Assembly (NCBI GenBank): GCA_963662715.1
Contig: OY759724.1
Coordinates: forward strand, 2,070,001 to 2,102,000
Direction of reading: 5' to 3'
DNA: 32,000 nucleotides
Source of the DNA: Candidatus Omnitrophota bacterium
GTDB lineage: Bacteria > Omnitrophota > Gorgyraeia > Zapsychrales > JANLHA01
The number at the start of each line of letters is the position of its first letter. Position 1 is the first letter of the stretch. Below the pieces are notes generated by a model. It made no database searches, was not told the origin of the DNA, and saw only the letters and a list, made by a program, of their open reading frames with translations. The translations under genes were made by a program, and so were the position numbers. This document shows positions 15,144 through 23,996 of this stretch, one piece after another.

Positions 15144-17045
15144 ATGTGCGGCATAAACGGATTAAGTGGATTCCCGGAAGGGGCCGCGCTTGTCCAGAAT
15201 ATGAACCAGGCTATCAGGCACCGGGGGCCTGATGCCGAAGGCGTGTGGCAGGACGAGTGTTTGACGCTTGGGCATCGGCGGCTTTCGATTATCGACCTGT
15301 CTCCGGAGGCCAATCAGCCGATGGCGAGAGACGGTTTTATTATCGTTTATAACGGAGAAATATATAATTTCCGGGAATTAAGGGAAGATTTAAAACGAAA
15401 AGGAGCCCTTTTTAAGACGCGTTCGGATACCGAAGTCGTCCTGGAACTTTTTCGCCATTATCGCGAGGAAAGTTTTTCTAAACTTCAGGGGATGTTTGCC
15501 TTTGGCCTCTACGATTGTAAGAATAAAGAATTGTATCTGGTCCGGGACTATTTTGGCATTAAACCTCTTTTCTACTGGCATGCGCCGCCTGACCGTTTGG
15601 CTTTCTCCTCGGAATGTAAATCGTTCCTGAATCTTCCGGGGTTCCGGAAGGAATTGAACCCCGGGGTTCTCGTCTCCTGCCTGAATTATCTTTGGCCGGC
15701 AGGGGATGAGGCTATTTTTAAGGATGTTTTCAAGGTCCCTCCGGCCCATTACCTGAAAGTGCGTTTTCAGCGTAACGGGATCGCTTTGACCCAAAGACGG
15801 TATTGGGAATGGCCGGATCCCCTTTTTTCTCCGGGGCCGGAGCAAGAACATATAGAGGCCTTATCCGCCATTCTTGAGAAGAGCGTTGAGGAACATCTTG
15901 TTTCCGATGTGCCTGTCGGAGCTTTTTTAAGCGGGGGGTTAGATTCTTCATTAATAACGACGTTGGCCCGGAGGCATAATCCGGATTTGTCGACTTATAC
16001 CATATCGATCTCGCGGAAAGCCCAGCAGGTGGAACGCATGCCGCGGGACAACTTTTATGCCCAGGCGGTGGCTTCGTATTTGGGTGTCCGTCATACAGAT
16101 ATTCCCGTAGAGCCTTCTGTGATCGACGCTTTGCAGAATATGGTTGAAATTTTGGACGAGCCGATCGGGGATCCGGCCGCAATTAATACTTATCTTATTT
16201 GCCGGCTGGCCCGGGAAAGAGGGATAAAAGTGCTTTTGTCCGGCATGGGGGCCGATGAAATATTTGCGGGGTACAGGAGGCATTATGCCACGCTCCTAAG
16301 CCGAAAAATACAGCGGTGCCCGGGGTTCATGAAAAAGGCCGTCTCCCGGACCCTTTCCGTTCTGCCGGTTCGTCTGGGCTCTTACGGCCTGCGGCCCGTC
16401 CGCTGGGCCAAGCGTTTTTTTTCTTTTGTCGACATGCCTTTCGCAGAAGCCTATATGCGCAGCTATTCCTATTATGACCGAAACGAGCTGAGAGAAATCT
16501 TTAACGGGCGGTATGATGCCGAGATTGATGAGCTATTCGATCACCATGACCGGCTTTTTAACGACGCCAGAAACTGGGATGAGATCAATAGGATGTGTTT
16601 TACAGATATTCATATGTTCATGACGGGTTTGAATTTGACGTATACCGACCGGGCTTCTATGGCGGCTTCGGTGGAAGTCCGGGTGCCTTTTATTGACAAG
16701 AATGTTATAGAATGGGGCATGTCTTTGCCGGGTTCCTATAAGATTAAAAATAATACTTCAAAATATATTTTAAAGAAAGTGGCCGAACGGGATTTGCCGA
16801 AACGTATTGTTTACCGCCCCAAAGCTTCTTTCGGCATGCCTTTACGGGCTTGGATGAATGGAGAACTTCGGGAATTAGTGGACGATGTTTTATCTTATGA
16901 TAATATAAAAAAGCGCGGGATTTTAAATCCTGACCTGGTCAGGACAATTATCCGAAGAGACCGGGAAGGGCGGGAGGACCATGCGTACAGGATTTATCAA
17001 TTTTTAACTTTGGAATTATGGTTGCGGAAAATCACCGGGGTATAG
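15144..17045 (+). CDS. asnB: asparagine synthase (glutamine-hydrolysing) family amidotransferase, of the kind found in glycan clusters (WbpS-like)
   Basis: N-terminal nucleophile MCGI, Ntn-amidotransferase HRRLSIIDL, and PP-loop SGGLDSS. RBS TAAGGAGATC lies 5 nt upstream. Confidence 0.9.
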   Translation: MCGINGLSGFPEGAALVQNMNQAIRHRGPDAEGVWQDECLTLGHRRLSIIDLSPEANQPMARDGFIIVYNGEIYNFRELREDLKRKGALFKTRSDTEVVLELFRHYREESFSKLQGMFAFGLYDCKNKELYLVRDYFGIKPLFYWHAPPDRLAFSSECKSFLNLPGFRKELNPGVLVSCLNYLWPAGDEAIFKDVFKVPPAHYLKVRFQRNGIALTQRRYWEWPDPLFSPGPEQEHIEALSAILEKSVEEHLVSDVPVGAFLSGGLDSSLITTLARRHNPDLSTYTISISRKAQQVERMPRDNFYAQAVASYLGVRHTDIPVEPSVIDALQNMVEILDEPIGDPAAINTYLICRLARERGIKVLLSGMGADEIFAGYRRHYATLLSRKIQRCPGFMKKAVSRTLSVLPVRLGSYGLRPVRWAKRFFSFVDMPFAEAYMRSYSYYDRNELREIFNGRYDAEIDELFDHHDRLFNDARNWDEINRMCFTDIHMFMTGLNLTYTDRASMAASVEVRVPFIDKNVIEWGMSLPGSYKIKNNTSKYILKKVAERDLPKRIVYRPKASFGMPLRAWMNGELRELVDDVLSYDNIKKRGILNPDLVRTIIRRDREGREDHAYRIYQFLTLELWLRKITGV

Positions 17046-17126
17046 GAAAACAGGGAATTTTTTGGCCCCCGAACGCCAGGAAGCTCAGTGTTCCTGAAAA
17101 ATAATTGCGAGGAGGTCTTTTGAGAT

Positions 17127-19271
17127 ATGAGACAGATTGTTCAAAACTTGAAAACCGGAGAGCTGATTTTAGAGAATGTCCCGGCGCCTTCCGGGCAGCC
17201 CGGCAAGGTGCTTGTACAGAACAGATATTCTCTGATCAGTGCCGGAACCGAACGCTCAACGGTTCATACCGGGAAATTGTCTCTGCTGGGAAAGGCTAAG
17301 AAGAGGCCGGATCTTGTCAAACAGGTTATGGCAAACATCCGGAAGGAAGGCCTGGCCTCGACCATTCACAAAGTCAAAAATAAACTCAATTGGCCTAAAG
17401 CTTTGGGCTACAGCAGCTGTGGCATTGTTCTGGCTTCGGACCGGCAGGGCCTTTTTCAGGCCGGTGATCTTGTGGCCTGCGCCGGGCAGGATTATGCCTC
17501 TCATGCTGAGGTTGTCTGCGTCCCGCAGAACCTTACGGTTAAAGTGCCGCCAGGCGTGTCTCCCGAAGAAGCCTGTTTCACGACAGTGGGCGCCATTGCT
17601 TTGCAGGGTGTGCGGCAGGCGGATGTCCGGATCGGGGAAAAGGTCTGTGTTATCGGGCTGGGGCTTATCGGGCAGCTCACCGCTCAGATTCTCAAAGCCA
17701 ACGGCTGTTTTGTGTTCGGGATCGATGTCAGCGATCATGCGCTGAAGCTGGCTGAGGATTTGGGGATACAGGCAGCGGCGCATAGAAAGGCGGCGCATCT
17801 TCATCAGAGTCTGAATGCCTTTGCCGGTCCGCACGGTTTTGATAAAGTGATTGTCGCGGCTTCGTGCCAGAATAATGATCCGGTCCTTTTGGCCGCGGAA
17901 GTGCTCCGGAAGAAAGGCCTCATGGTCGTGGTGGGCAACGTCCCGGTGGATATCCCCCGGGAACCGCATTTTTATAAGAAGGAACTGGAACTGAAAATGG
18001 CGACCTCCTACGGGCCGGGCCGGTATGATCCTTCTTATGAGGAGCACGGCCTGGATTATCCTTACCCCTATGTCAGGTTCACGGAAAACAGAAACATGGA
18101 GGTTTTCCTGCATTTAATCGTCCAGGGTATGGTGCAGGTCAAGCCGCTTATAAGCCATGTTTTCGACTTCGCCGAGGCTTTAAAGGCTTATGACGTGATC
18201 ATGGAACAAAAAGAGCCGTATACCGGCATACTTTTAAAATATGATGAAAACAGCAGGGCCGTTGAAACGCGGCAGGTTGCTGTTCATCATGATCCGGTCA
18301 AGGCCATCAATGTCGGGTTTATCGGGGCGGGGAGTTTTGCCCAGGGACATCTTCTGCCTGCCTTGAAGCAATATGATGTTTCTCTCGATACGGTTGTCAC
18401 GACACAGGGGGTTTCCGCCAAAAACGTCGCGGATAAATTCGGCTTTCGTACGGCTTCCACGGAGGCAGAGGCCGTATGCTCGGCCAAGGATATCAATACA
18501 GTATTCATTGCCACCCGGCACAACACGCATGCCGGTTTTGTTTTGAGATGCCTGGCAGCCCGGAAGCATATTTTTGTGGAGAAACCTTTATGCTTAACGG
18601 AGGACGACCTTAAAGAGATCGCGTCCTTAGGCCCGGGAGGGCGTTTGTTTATGGTGGGGTACAACCGCCGTTTTGCCCCGCTGAGTGTTTATGTGAAGGA
18701 ACATTTGCCGTCTGATATGCGTCCGGTCATGATGAATTTCAGAGTTAATGCCGGATATATCCCGGCAGAATCCTGGATACAGGACAAAGAGGTCGGGGGC
18801 GGCCGCATCCTCGGAGAACTTTGCCATTTTGTGGATCTGATGCTGTTTTTTTCCGGATCTGTCCCGCGCCGGGTTTCGGCTTTCGGGGTGACCCCGAGGG
18901 GCAAATGGCAGAGGGATGACAATCTTGTCGTACAGTTGGAATTCCAGAATGGCTCTGTAGGGCAGATTTTGTATACAGCCATGGGGTCCTCCCGGATGCC
19001 CAAAGAACATCTGGAGATTTTTGCCGGAGGGAGTTCTTTTGTCATCCATGATTTCCGGGAAGCTAAAATATTTGTTCAAGGCCGCGAATCAAACGTGCGC
19101 CGGCCGGGGAAAGGGCATAAAGAGGAAATCGCCGCCTTCATATCATCCCTGCGGGACGGGACGGAAAGCCCTGTCCCCTTCGAACATATCCTTTCGGTGT
19201 CGCTGACAACTTTTAAGATTATAAAAAGCCTGGAAACCCAGTCATCACAACTGGTCGATATTCATGAATGA
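17127..19271 (+). CDS. bi-domain oxidoreductase: an N-terminal MDR (alcohol-dehydrogenase-like) domain fused to a C-terminal Gfo/Idh/MocA domain
   Basis: The N-terminal half has the Rossmann motif VCVIGLGLIGQ. The C-terminal half has INVGFIGAGSFAQ, VEKPL and GYNRRF motifs. RBS GAGGAGG at 17109-17115. Confidence 0.85.
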   Translation: MRQIVQNLKTGELILENVPAPSGQPGKVLVQNRYSLISAGTERSTVHTGKLSLLGKAKKRPDLVKQVMANIRKEGLASTIHKVKNKLNWPKALGYSSCGIVLASDRQGLFQAGDLVACAGQDYASHAEVVCVPQNLTVKVPPGVSPEEACFTTVGAIALQGVRQADVRIGEKVCVIGLGLIGQLTAQILKANGCFVFGIDVSDHALKLAEDLGIQAAAHRKAAHLHQSLNAFAGPHGFDKVIVAASCQNNDPVLLAAEVLRKKGLMVVVGNVPVDIPREPHFYKKELELKMATSYGPGRYDPSYEEHGLDYPYPYVRFTENRNMEVFLHLIVQGMVQVKPLISHVFDFAEALKAYDVIMEQKEPYTGILLKYDENSRAVETRQVAVHHDPVKAINVGFIGAGSFAQGHLLPALKQYDVSLDTVVTTQGVSAKNVADKFGFRTASTEAEAVCSAKDINTVFIATRHNTHAGFVLRCLAARKHIFVEKPLCLTEDDLKEIASLGPGGRLFMVGYNRRFAPLSVYVKEHLPSDMRPVMMNFRVNAGYIPAESWIQDKEVGGGRILGELCHFVDLMLFFSGSVPRRVSAFGVTPRGKWQRDDNLVVQLEFQNGSVGQILYTAMGSSRMPKEHLEIFAGGSSFVIHDFREAKIFVQGRESNVRRPGKGHKEEIAAFISSLRDGTESPVPFEHILSVSLTTFKIIKSLETQSSQLVDIHE

Positions 19272-20466
19272 CATTTATGAGTCTTTGGTTCGTTTAAAGG
19301 ATTATTGTCAAAAGGCCGGTTATCAAGGATGGGATCCTTTTGACGGGTTGAATTCTGCCTTTTTTCAGGCATCTTTTTTAAGAAATTCCCCTTTGTTTCG
19401 GATGTGCTGGATTCAGTTCTTTAAGCGAAGCCCGGTTAACCTGCGGTCGGTCTTTCGTGTCCCCAAAGGATTCAATCCTAAAGGCATAGCTTTGTTCTTG
19501 CGCGGTTATGTCTGTCTGGCCCGGGCTTTTCAGGATGAAGCGGATTTCGCGGTTATTCGTTCCCTCGCGGAGACATTGCGTAATTCTGTTTCGGCCGGAT
19601 ACTCCGGGTCTTGCTGGGGATATAACTTCGACTGGCAGTCCCGGGCTTTTTTTGTCCCCCGCGGAACCCCGAATGTGATCGTCTCGACTTTTGCGGGACA
19701 TGCTTTACTGGATGTTTATGAACTTCAGGGGGAAAAAAAATTCATGCAGATGGCGGTGTCTGTCAGCGATTTTATCCGGCAGGATTTAAACCGCCAGGAG
19801 GATCAGCACGGCGGAATGTGTTTCTCCTACACGCCTTTAGATCACTCACGGATTTTCAACGCATCTCTTTTGGCGTCGGCTTTTTTAGCCCGGGTTTACC
19901 GTTTAACCCGCGACCCCGCGCTTTTTATTGACGCCCAGAGGTCCGTGTCTTTTTGCTGCCGGCAGCAAAATGCCGACGGCAGCTGGTTTTACGGTATGAA
20001 CCCGAATCAGCGATGGATCGACAGCTTCCATACGGCGTATAATCTGGAGGCCCTTTTTCAATATCAGGATTGGACGGGAGATGATCAGTTTCAGGGATTT
20101 TTTGAAAAGGGTTTTTCTTATTATGCGAAAAATTTCTTTACCGAAGAAGGGGTCCCTAAATATTATCACAATCGTATTTATCCTGTTGATGTTCATTCCA
20201 CGGCCGGCCTGATTTCTCTTATGCTGATATCCGGCCGTCATGCCCGATATGCTGATCTGAATAAAAATGTATTGAAGTGGACAATTCGGCATATGCAGTC
20301 TAAAATAGGATACTTTTATTACCAAATTCACAAATGGTGCAAGATTGACATCCCGTATATCCGCTGGACGCAGGCATGGATGTTTTATGCGTTGAGCTTT
20401 TACGTGTATTATCTGAAAAAGAACCGTTTGGCTTTTTCATCCGAAGGAGATTGTCAGGAAGAATGA
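19264..20466 (+). CDS. conserved hypothetical protein, possibly a six-hairpin (alpha/alpha)6-toroid fold; function unknown
   Basis: 400-aa ORF whose ATG overlaps the upstream stop (ATGAATGA). Trp/Tyr-rich repeated helix-like segments (WGYNFDWQSRAFF, NADGSWFYG, IDSFHTAYNLEAL). The fold guess is from recollection only. Confidence 0.55.
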   Translation: MNDIYESLVRLKDYCQKAGYQGWDPFDGLNSAFFQASFLRNSPLFRMCWIQFFKRSPVNLRSVFRVPKGFNPKGIALFLRGYVCLARAFQDEADFAVIRSLAETLRNSVSAGYSGSCWGYNFDWQSRAFFVPRGTPNVIVSTFAGHALLDVYELQGEKKFMQMAVSVSDFIRQDLNRQEDQHGGMCFSYTPLDHSRIFNASLLASAFLARVYRLTRDPALFIDAQRSVSFCCRQQNADGSWFYGMNPNQRWIDSFHTAYNLEALFQYQDWTGDDQFQGFFEKGFSYYAKNFFTEEGVPKYYHNRIYPVDVHSTAGLISLMLISGRHARYADLNKNVLKWTIRHMQSKIGYFYYQIHKWCKIDIPYIRWTQAWMFYALSFYVYYLKKNRLAFSSEGDCQEE

Positions 20467-21572
20467 CACGAAGAAAAAAAGTCGTTTTTGTCGCCGGGGC
20501 CAGACCGAATTTCATGAAAATTGCCTGTCTGCTTAAGGAATGCCGCAAGTATAAGGCGATCCGGGCTATTGTTGTCCATTCCGGCCAGCATTATGATAAC
20601 GAGATGTCGGAACAGTTTTTTAAAGATTTGGACATTGCTCCTCCCCGGTATTTTCTGGGGGTCGGGTCAGGGAGCCATGCCGAGCAGACAGGTCGTGTGA
20701 TGGTGGCCTTCGAAAAGATCTGCCAAAAGGAGCGTCCCGATTACGTTGTGGTCGTCGGTGATGTCAACTCCACGGTCGCGGCCTGCCTGGCCGCCAAGAA
20801 ATGTCATATCCGCGTAGCCCATATCGAAGCAGGGTTGAGAAGTTTTGATATGGCGATGCCGGAAGAGATCAACCGCATGGTGACCGACAGTATTTCCGAT
20901 GACCTCTTTGTCACGGAACAGAGCGGTGTCACCCATTTACGGAAAGAGGGGCATGCTGCGAAGAAAATTCATTTTGTCGGAAACACCATGATAGACAGCC
21001 TTATCCTGGCGATGAAAAAGATTCAACGTATGGACCCGCGGTCCTGGACGAGTTATCCTTTGCAGGAACAGTTGTCTTCTTATGGCTTGCTGACTCTGCA
21101 CCGGCCCAGCAATGTTGACAGCAAAACGCAGCTTAAGCGATTGCTGGCTGTGGTTGATCAAGTGGCCCAGGAGATTCCCATCATATTCCCTGCGCATCCC
21201 CGGACCCGTAAAAGCATCAGAGAGTTTAAAGTTAAATTATCAAAGAATATTCATCTTACCCATCCGTTAGGCTATTTGGAGTTTATCTTTTTATGCCAGA
21301 AAGCCGGATTCATTTTGACGGACAGCGGGGGGATTCAGGAAGAGACGACCTTTTTGAAAGTCCCCTGTTTCACTCTGAGGGCCAACACGGAACGTCCGGT
21401 CACTCTTGAAAAAGGGACGAACATCCTTGTCGGAAATAACATAGAGCAAATTCCCCGCCTCGTTCATCAGGTCCTCCGCGGTCAGTCCCGGGCGGGCCAG
21501 ACGCCCCCTTTATGGGACGGGAGGGCCTCTCAGCGGATCATAAAAATTTTGGTGCGGAAATTAATGATATGA
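20463..21572 (+). CDS. wecB: UDP-N-acetylglucosamine 2-epimerase (non-hydrolysing)
   Basis: VVFVAGARPNFMKI, HSGQHYD, VVVGDVNST, HIEAGLRSFD..PEEINR and DSGGIQEE motifs. The ATG at 20463 overlaps the upstream stop (ATGA). Confidence 0.9.
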   Translation: MTRRKKVVFVAGARPNFMKIACLLKECRKYKAIRAIVVHSGQHYDNEMSEQFFKDLDIAPPRYFLGVGSGSHAEQTGRVMVAFEKICQKERPDYVVVVGDVNSTVAACLAAKKCHIRVAHIEAGLRSFDMAMPEEINRMVTDSISDDLFVTEQSGVTHLRKEGHAAKKIHFVGNTMIDSLILAMKKIQRMDPRSWTSYPLQEQLSSYGLLTLHRPSNVDSKTQLKRLLAVVDQVAQEIPIIFPAHPRTRKSIREFKVKLSKNIHLTHPLGYLEFIFLCQKAGFILTDSGGIQEETTFLKVPCFTLRANTERPVTLEKGTNILVGNNIEQIPRLVHQVLRGQSRAGQTPPLWDGRASQRIIKILVRKLMI

Positions 21573-22342
21573 TAAGAGAGAGACGGATTAATATCCTGGA
21601 CTGCCCCATTGATAACCTGAGCCGTAAAGAAACGGTGGCTCTGATTGAAGATATGATCCGTCAACGGCTCTCTTGCCAGCATGTCGTTATTAATGTTGAC
21701 AAGCTTTTAAAAGTGCGGCGGGACCGGAAACTTCATGATATTATTTCTCAGTGCGACATCATTAATGCTGACGGCATGCCGATTGTCTGGGTTTCCCGTT
21801 GGCTGGGCCAGCCTTTGCCGGAAAGGGTGGCCGGTATTGATCTGATGCATGATCTGGTGTCGTTGTCTGCGCAAAAGAACTATAGGATCTTTTTCCTGGG
21901 AGCCCGGCAGGATGTTGTGCAAGCCGTTGTCGGGAAATATCGGATGCTGTACCCGGACATTAACATTGTGGGGTTCCGGAACGGATACTGGCCGGAATCG
22001 GAAGAGGAAGACGTGGTTAACGAAATCAGAGCCGCGGCCCCGGATATCCTTTTTGTCGCGATGAGCTCCCCGAAAAAGGAAATGTTTTTAAACAGATACC
22101 GGCAGAAACTTCGTGTCCCTTTTGTTATGGGCGTCGGAGGCAGCTTTGACGTGGTGGCCGGATATACGCAACGGGCTCCCCTTTGGATGCAACGGCGTGG
22201 TCTGGAATGGCTGTTCCGTCTTATGCAGGAACCGAAACGCATGTGGAGACGATATTTGATCGGTAACACGCAATTTGTTTTTATCGTGGCCCGCGAGATG
22301 TTTGGTCCCAAGGCCAGAAGAAACAGCCCGCAGCATCAGTAA
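21569..22342 (+). CDS. WecG/TagA/CpsF-family glycosyltransferase (GT26, N-acetylmannosaminyl(uronyl)transferase-like)
   Basis: INADGMPIVW, RIFFLGA, FVAMSSPKKE and RAPLWMQRRGLEWLFRLMQEPKRMWRRY motifs. The ATG at 21569 overlaps the wecB stop (ATGA). Confidence 0.85.
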   Translation: MIRERRINILDCPIDNLSRKETVALIEDMIRQRLSCQHVVINVDKLLKVRRDRKLHDIISQCDIINADGMPIVWVSRWLGQPLPERVAGIDLMHDLVSLSAQKNYRIFFLGARQDVVQAVVGKYRMLYPDINIVGFRNGYWPESEEEDVVNEIRAAAPDILFVAMSSPKKEMFLNRYRQKLRVPFVMGVGGSFDVVAGYTQRAPLWMQRRGLEWLFRLMQEPKRMWRRYLIGNTQFVFIVAREMFGPKARRNSPQHQ

Positions 22343-22405
22343 GAATTTTATCCTGTTGCGCCCACGCGCTATTTTATTATCCCTCTACAATATAAAATAA
22401 GCCTG

Positions 22406-22444
22406 CCGTTCCTTCCCGTTCCGGATGGGGAAAAACTCCGGAAC
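22406..22444. promoter_or_regulatory. cluster of GTTCC half-sites: direct CCGTTCC repeats at 22406-22412 and 22416-22422, plus a perfect 8-bp inverted repeat GTTCCGGA-N11-TCCGGAAC at 22418-22444
   Basis: Read directly from the sequence. The cluster sits 25-60 bp upstream of the candidate -35 element at 22468. Confidence 0.3.
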
Positions 22445-22467
22445 AGGAAAAATTATTGGCAGGTGTT

Positions 22468-22528
22468 TTGAAAAATGCTGTATGGATGTATAATTGATAT
22501 TGCGAAATTAAAAATGAATAGGTAAAAT
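22468..22528 (+). promoter_or_regulatory. two tandem sigma70-like promoter candidates: TTGAAA-N15-TATAAT and TTGCGA-N17-TAAAAT
   Basis: First: -35 at 22468-22473, -10 at 22489-22494. Second: -35 at 22500-22505, -10 at 22523-22528. Both lie in a 232-nt strongly AT-rich gap upstream of the initiating transferase gene. Confidence 0.4.
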
Positions 22529-22574
22529 GTAACATTATTAAAATTTATCATTCTAATACTAATAATCTTTTTGT

Positions 22575-23984
22575 ATGATCACTTCCATCAGAAAAATCTA
22601 TCCTCTTTATATCTTCATTGATTTTGTCTTGATCTGGAGCAGTTTTATCATTCCGTATTTTTTAAAATACAACGCCATTACGGATATTTTCCGGGTGATC
22701 ACGCTGCCCAACCTTGATCAGTATATTTTTATCTTCGTTCTTTGGACGATATTTATCGTCAGTTTTTTTCAGGGAAAAGGTCTTTACGCCACGGACCGGA
22801 GCCTGCCCATCCCCAAAGAAATGGCGCGGGTGGCCTTAAATCTTTTTTATGTCAGCGTGATCATGGCCGCCATCATATTTTTCGCTCAGTATAAATTTTT
22901 TTCCCGGAAGGTCTTCCTGGAGAACTTTTTGTCTTTATGTTTTTTGCTGGGAGGGTGGAGGGTCATCAAGAGGCTTATTCTGCGCAAGCTGATCGCCGGC
23001 GGCTTTCATAATATTAATGTCTTGATTGTCGGGGCCGGAAAAGTCGGGGGCGTCGTTCTGGAGGAAATCCGGCAGAATCCGCAGTGGGGATTCCATATTG
23101 TCGGATTCCTGGACGATCGTAAAGAGGAAATCGACGGATTCCCTGTCCTCGGGAAGGTGCGGGACTTTCCCTCGGTGGCCCGGAAACACTTTGTCGATGA
23201 AATTGTTGTGACAATCCCGTCTGTGCGGGAACTTATCGGGGATATTATCAAGAAGGCCAAAACCATGCATCTCGGGGTGAGAATCGTTCCGGAGAATTTT
23301 GAAGGGCCGCTGTCTTTTATCGAAATCAATTATATGGGCATCATTCCCTTGCTGACATATAAACAGCGGAAACATCATCCTACGGAGTTTGCCCTTAAAC
23401 GGCTGTTTGATATCATGCTGTCATTCGTGTTTATTGTTTTGTCATCCCCTTTATTTGTTGTTATCTCCCTTTTGATTAAATGGGATTCTCCGGGGCCGGT
23501 TTTTTATGTCCAACAGAGGGTCGGATTAAAAGGGAAGCGTTTTAATCTGTTTAAATTCCGTTCCATGTTCGATGGCGCTGAGCAAATGAAGTCCAGACTG
23601 TTAAATAATAATGAAGTGAAAGACGGTGTTATTTTTAAAATGAAAAAGGATCCCCGGGTCACCCGTTTCGGGAAGTTGTTGCGGAAGTACAGCCTGGATG
23701 AATTGCCGCAGCTTTTTAATGTTTTTAAAGGGGACATGAGCCTGGTCGGCCCCCGGCCGCCGACCCCGGATGAGGTTGAACAATATCAACAGCAGGATTT
23801 GCAGCGCTTGTCCATCCGGCCGGGTGTTACGTGCATTTCTCAGGTCCGGGGCCGAAGCGACCTGTCGTTTAAAAGATGGGTTAAATGGGATTTGTGGTAT
23901 ATCAATAACTGGTCTTTTGGTTTAGATATGCAGATTCTGCTGTGGACCGTGCCCGCCGTCATAAAAGGAAAAGGAGCTTACTGA
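22575..23984 (+). CDS. polyprenyl-phosphate hexose-1-phosphate transferase (WbaP/WcaJ-type 'bacterial sugar transferase'), the initiating enzyme
   Basis: N-terminal TM helices, a central Rossmann-like VLIVGAGKVG domain, and the C-terminal catalytic domain KRLFDI..PGPVFY.Q.RVG..G..F...KFRSM, DPRVTRFGKLLRKYSLDELPQLFNVFKGDMSLVGPRP. Confidence 0.9.
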   Translation: MITSIRKIYPLYIFIDFVLIWSSFIIPYFLKYNAITDIFRVITLPNLDQYIFIFVLWTIFIVSFFQGKGLYATDRSLPIPKEMARVALNLFYVSVIMAAIIFFAQYKFFSRKVFLENFLSLCFLLGGWRVIKRLILRKLIAGGFHNINVLIVGAGKVGGVVLEEIRQNPQWGFHIVGFLDDRKEEIDGFPVLGKVRDFPSVARKHFVDEIVVTIPSVRELIGDIIKKAKTMHLGVRIVPENFEGPLSFIEINYMGIIPLLTYKQRKHHPTEFALKRLFDIMLSFVFIVLSSPLFVVISLLIKWDSPGPVFYVQQRVGLKGKRFNLFKFRSMFDGAEQMKSRLLNNNEVKDGVIFKMKKDPRVTRFGKLLRKYSLDELPQLFNVFKGDMSLVGPRPPTPDEVEQYQQQDLQRLSIRPGVTCISQVRGRSDLSFKRWVKWDLWYINNWSFGLDMQILLWTVPAVIKGKGAY

Positions 23985-23996
23985 TGCTGGAAAGGC

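Noticed and set aside
17256-18113. A 285-aa ORF on the minus strand, the longest antisense ORF in the window.
   Set aside because: It is antisense to the MDR half of the bi-domain oxidoreductase, which has strong motifs on the + strand. It has no RBS and no recognisable domain.
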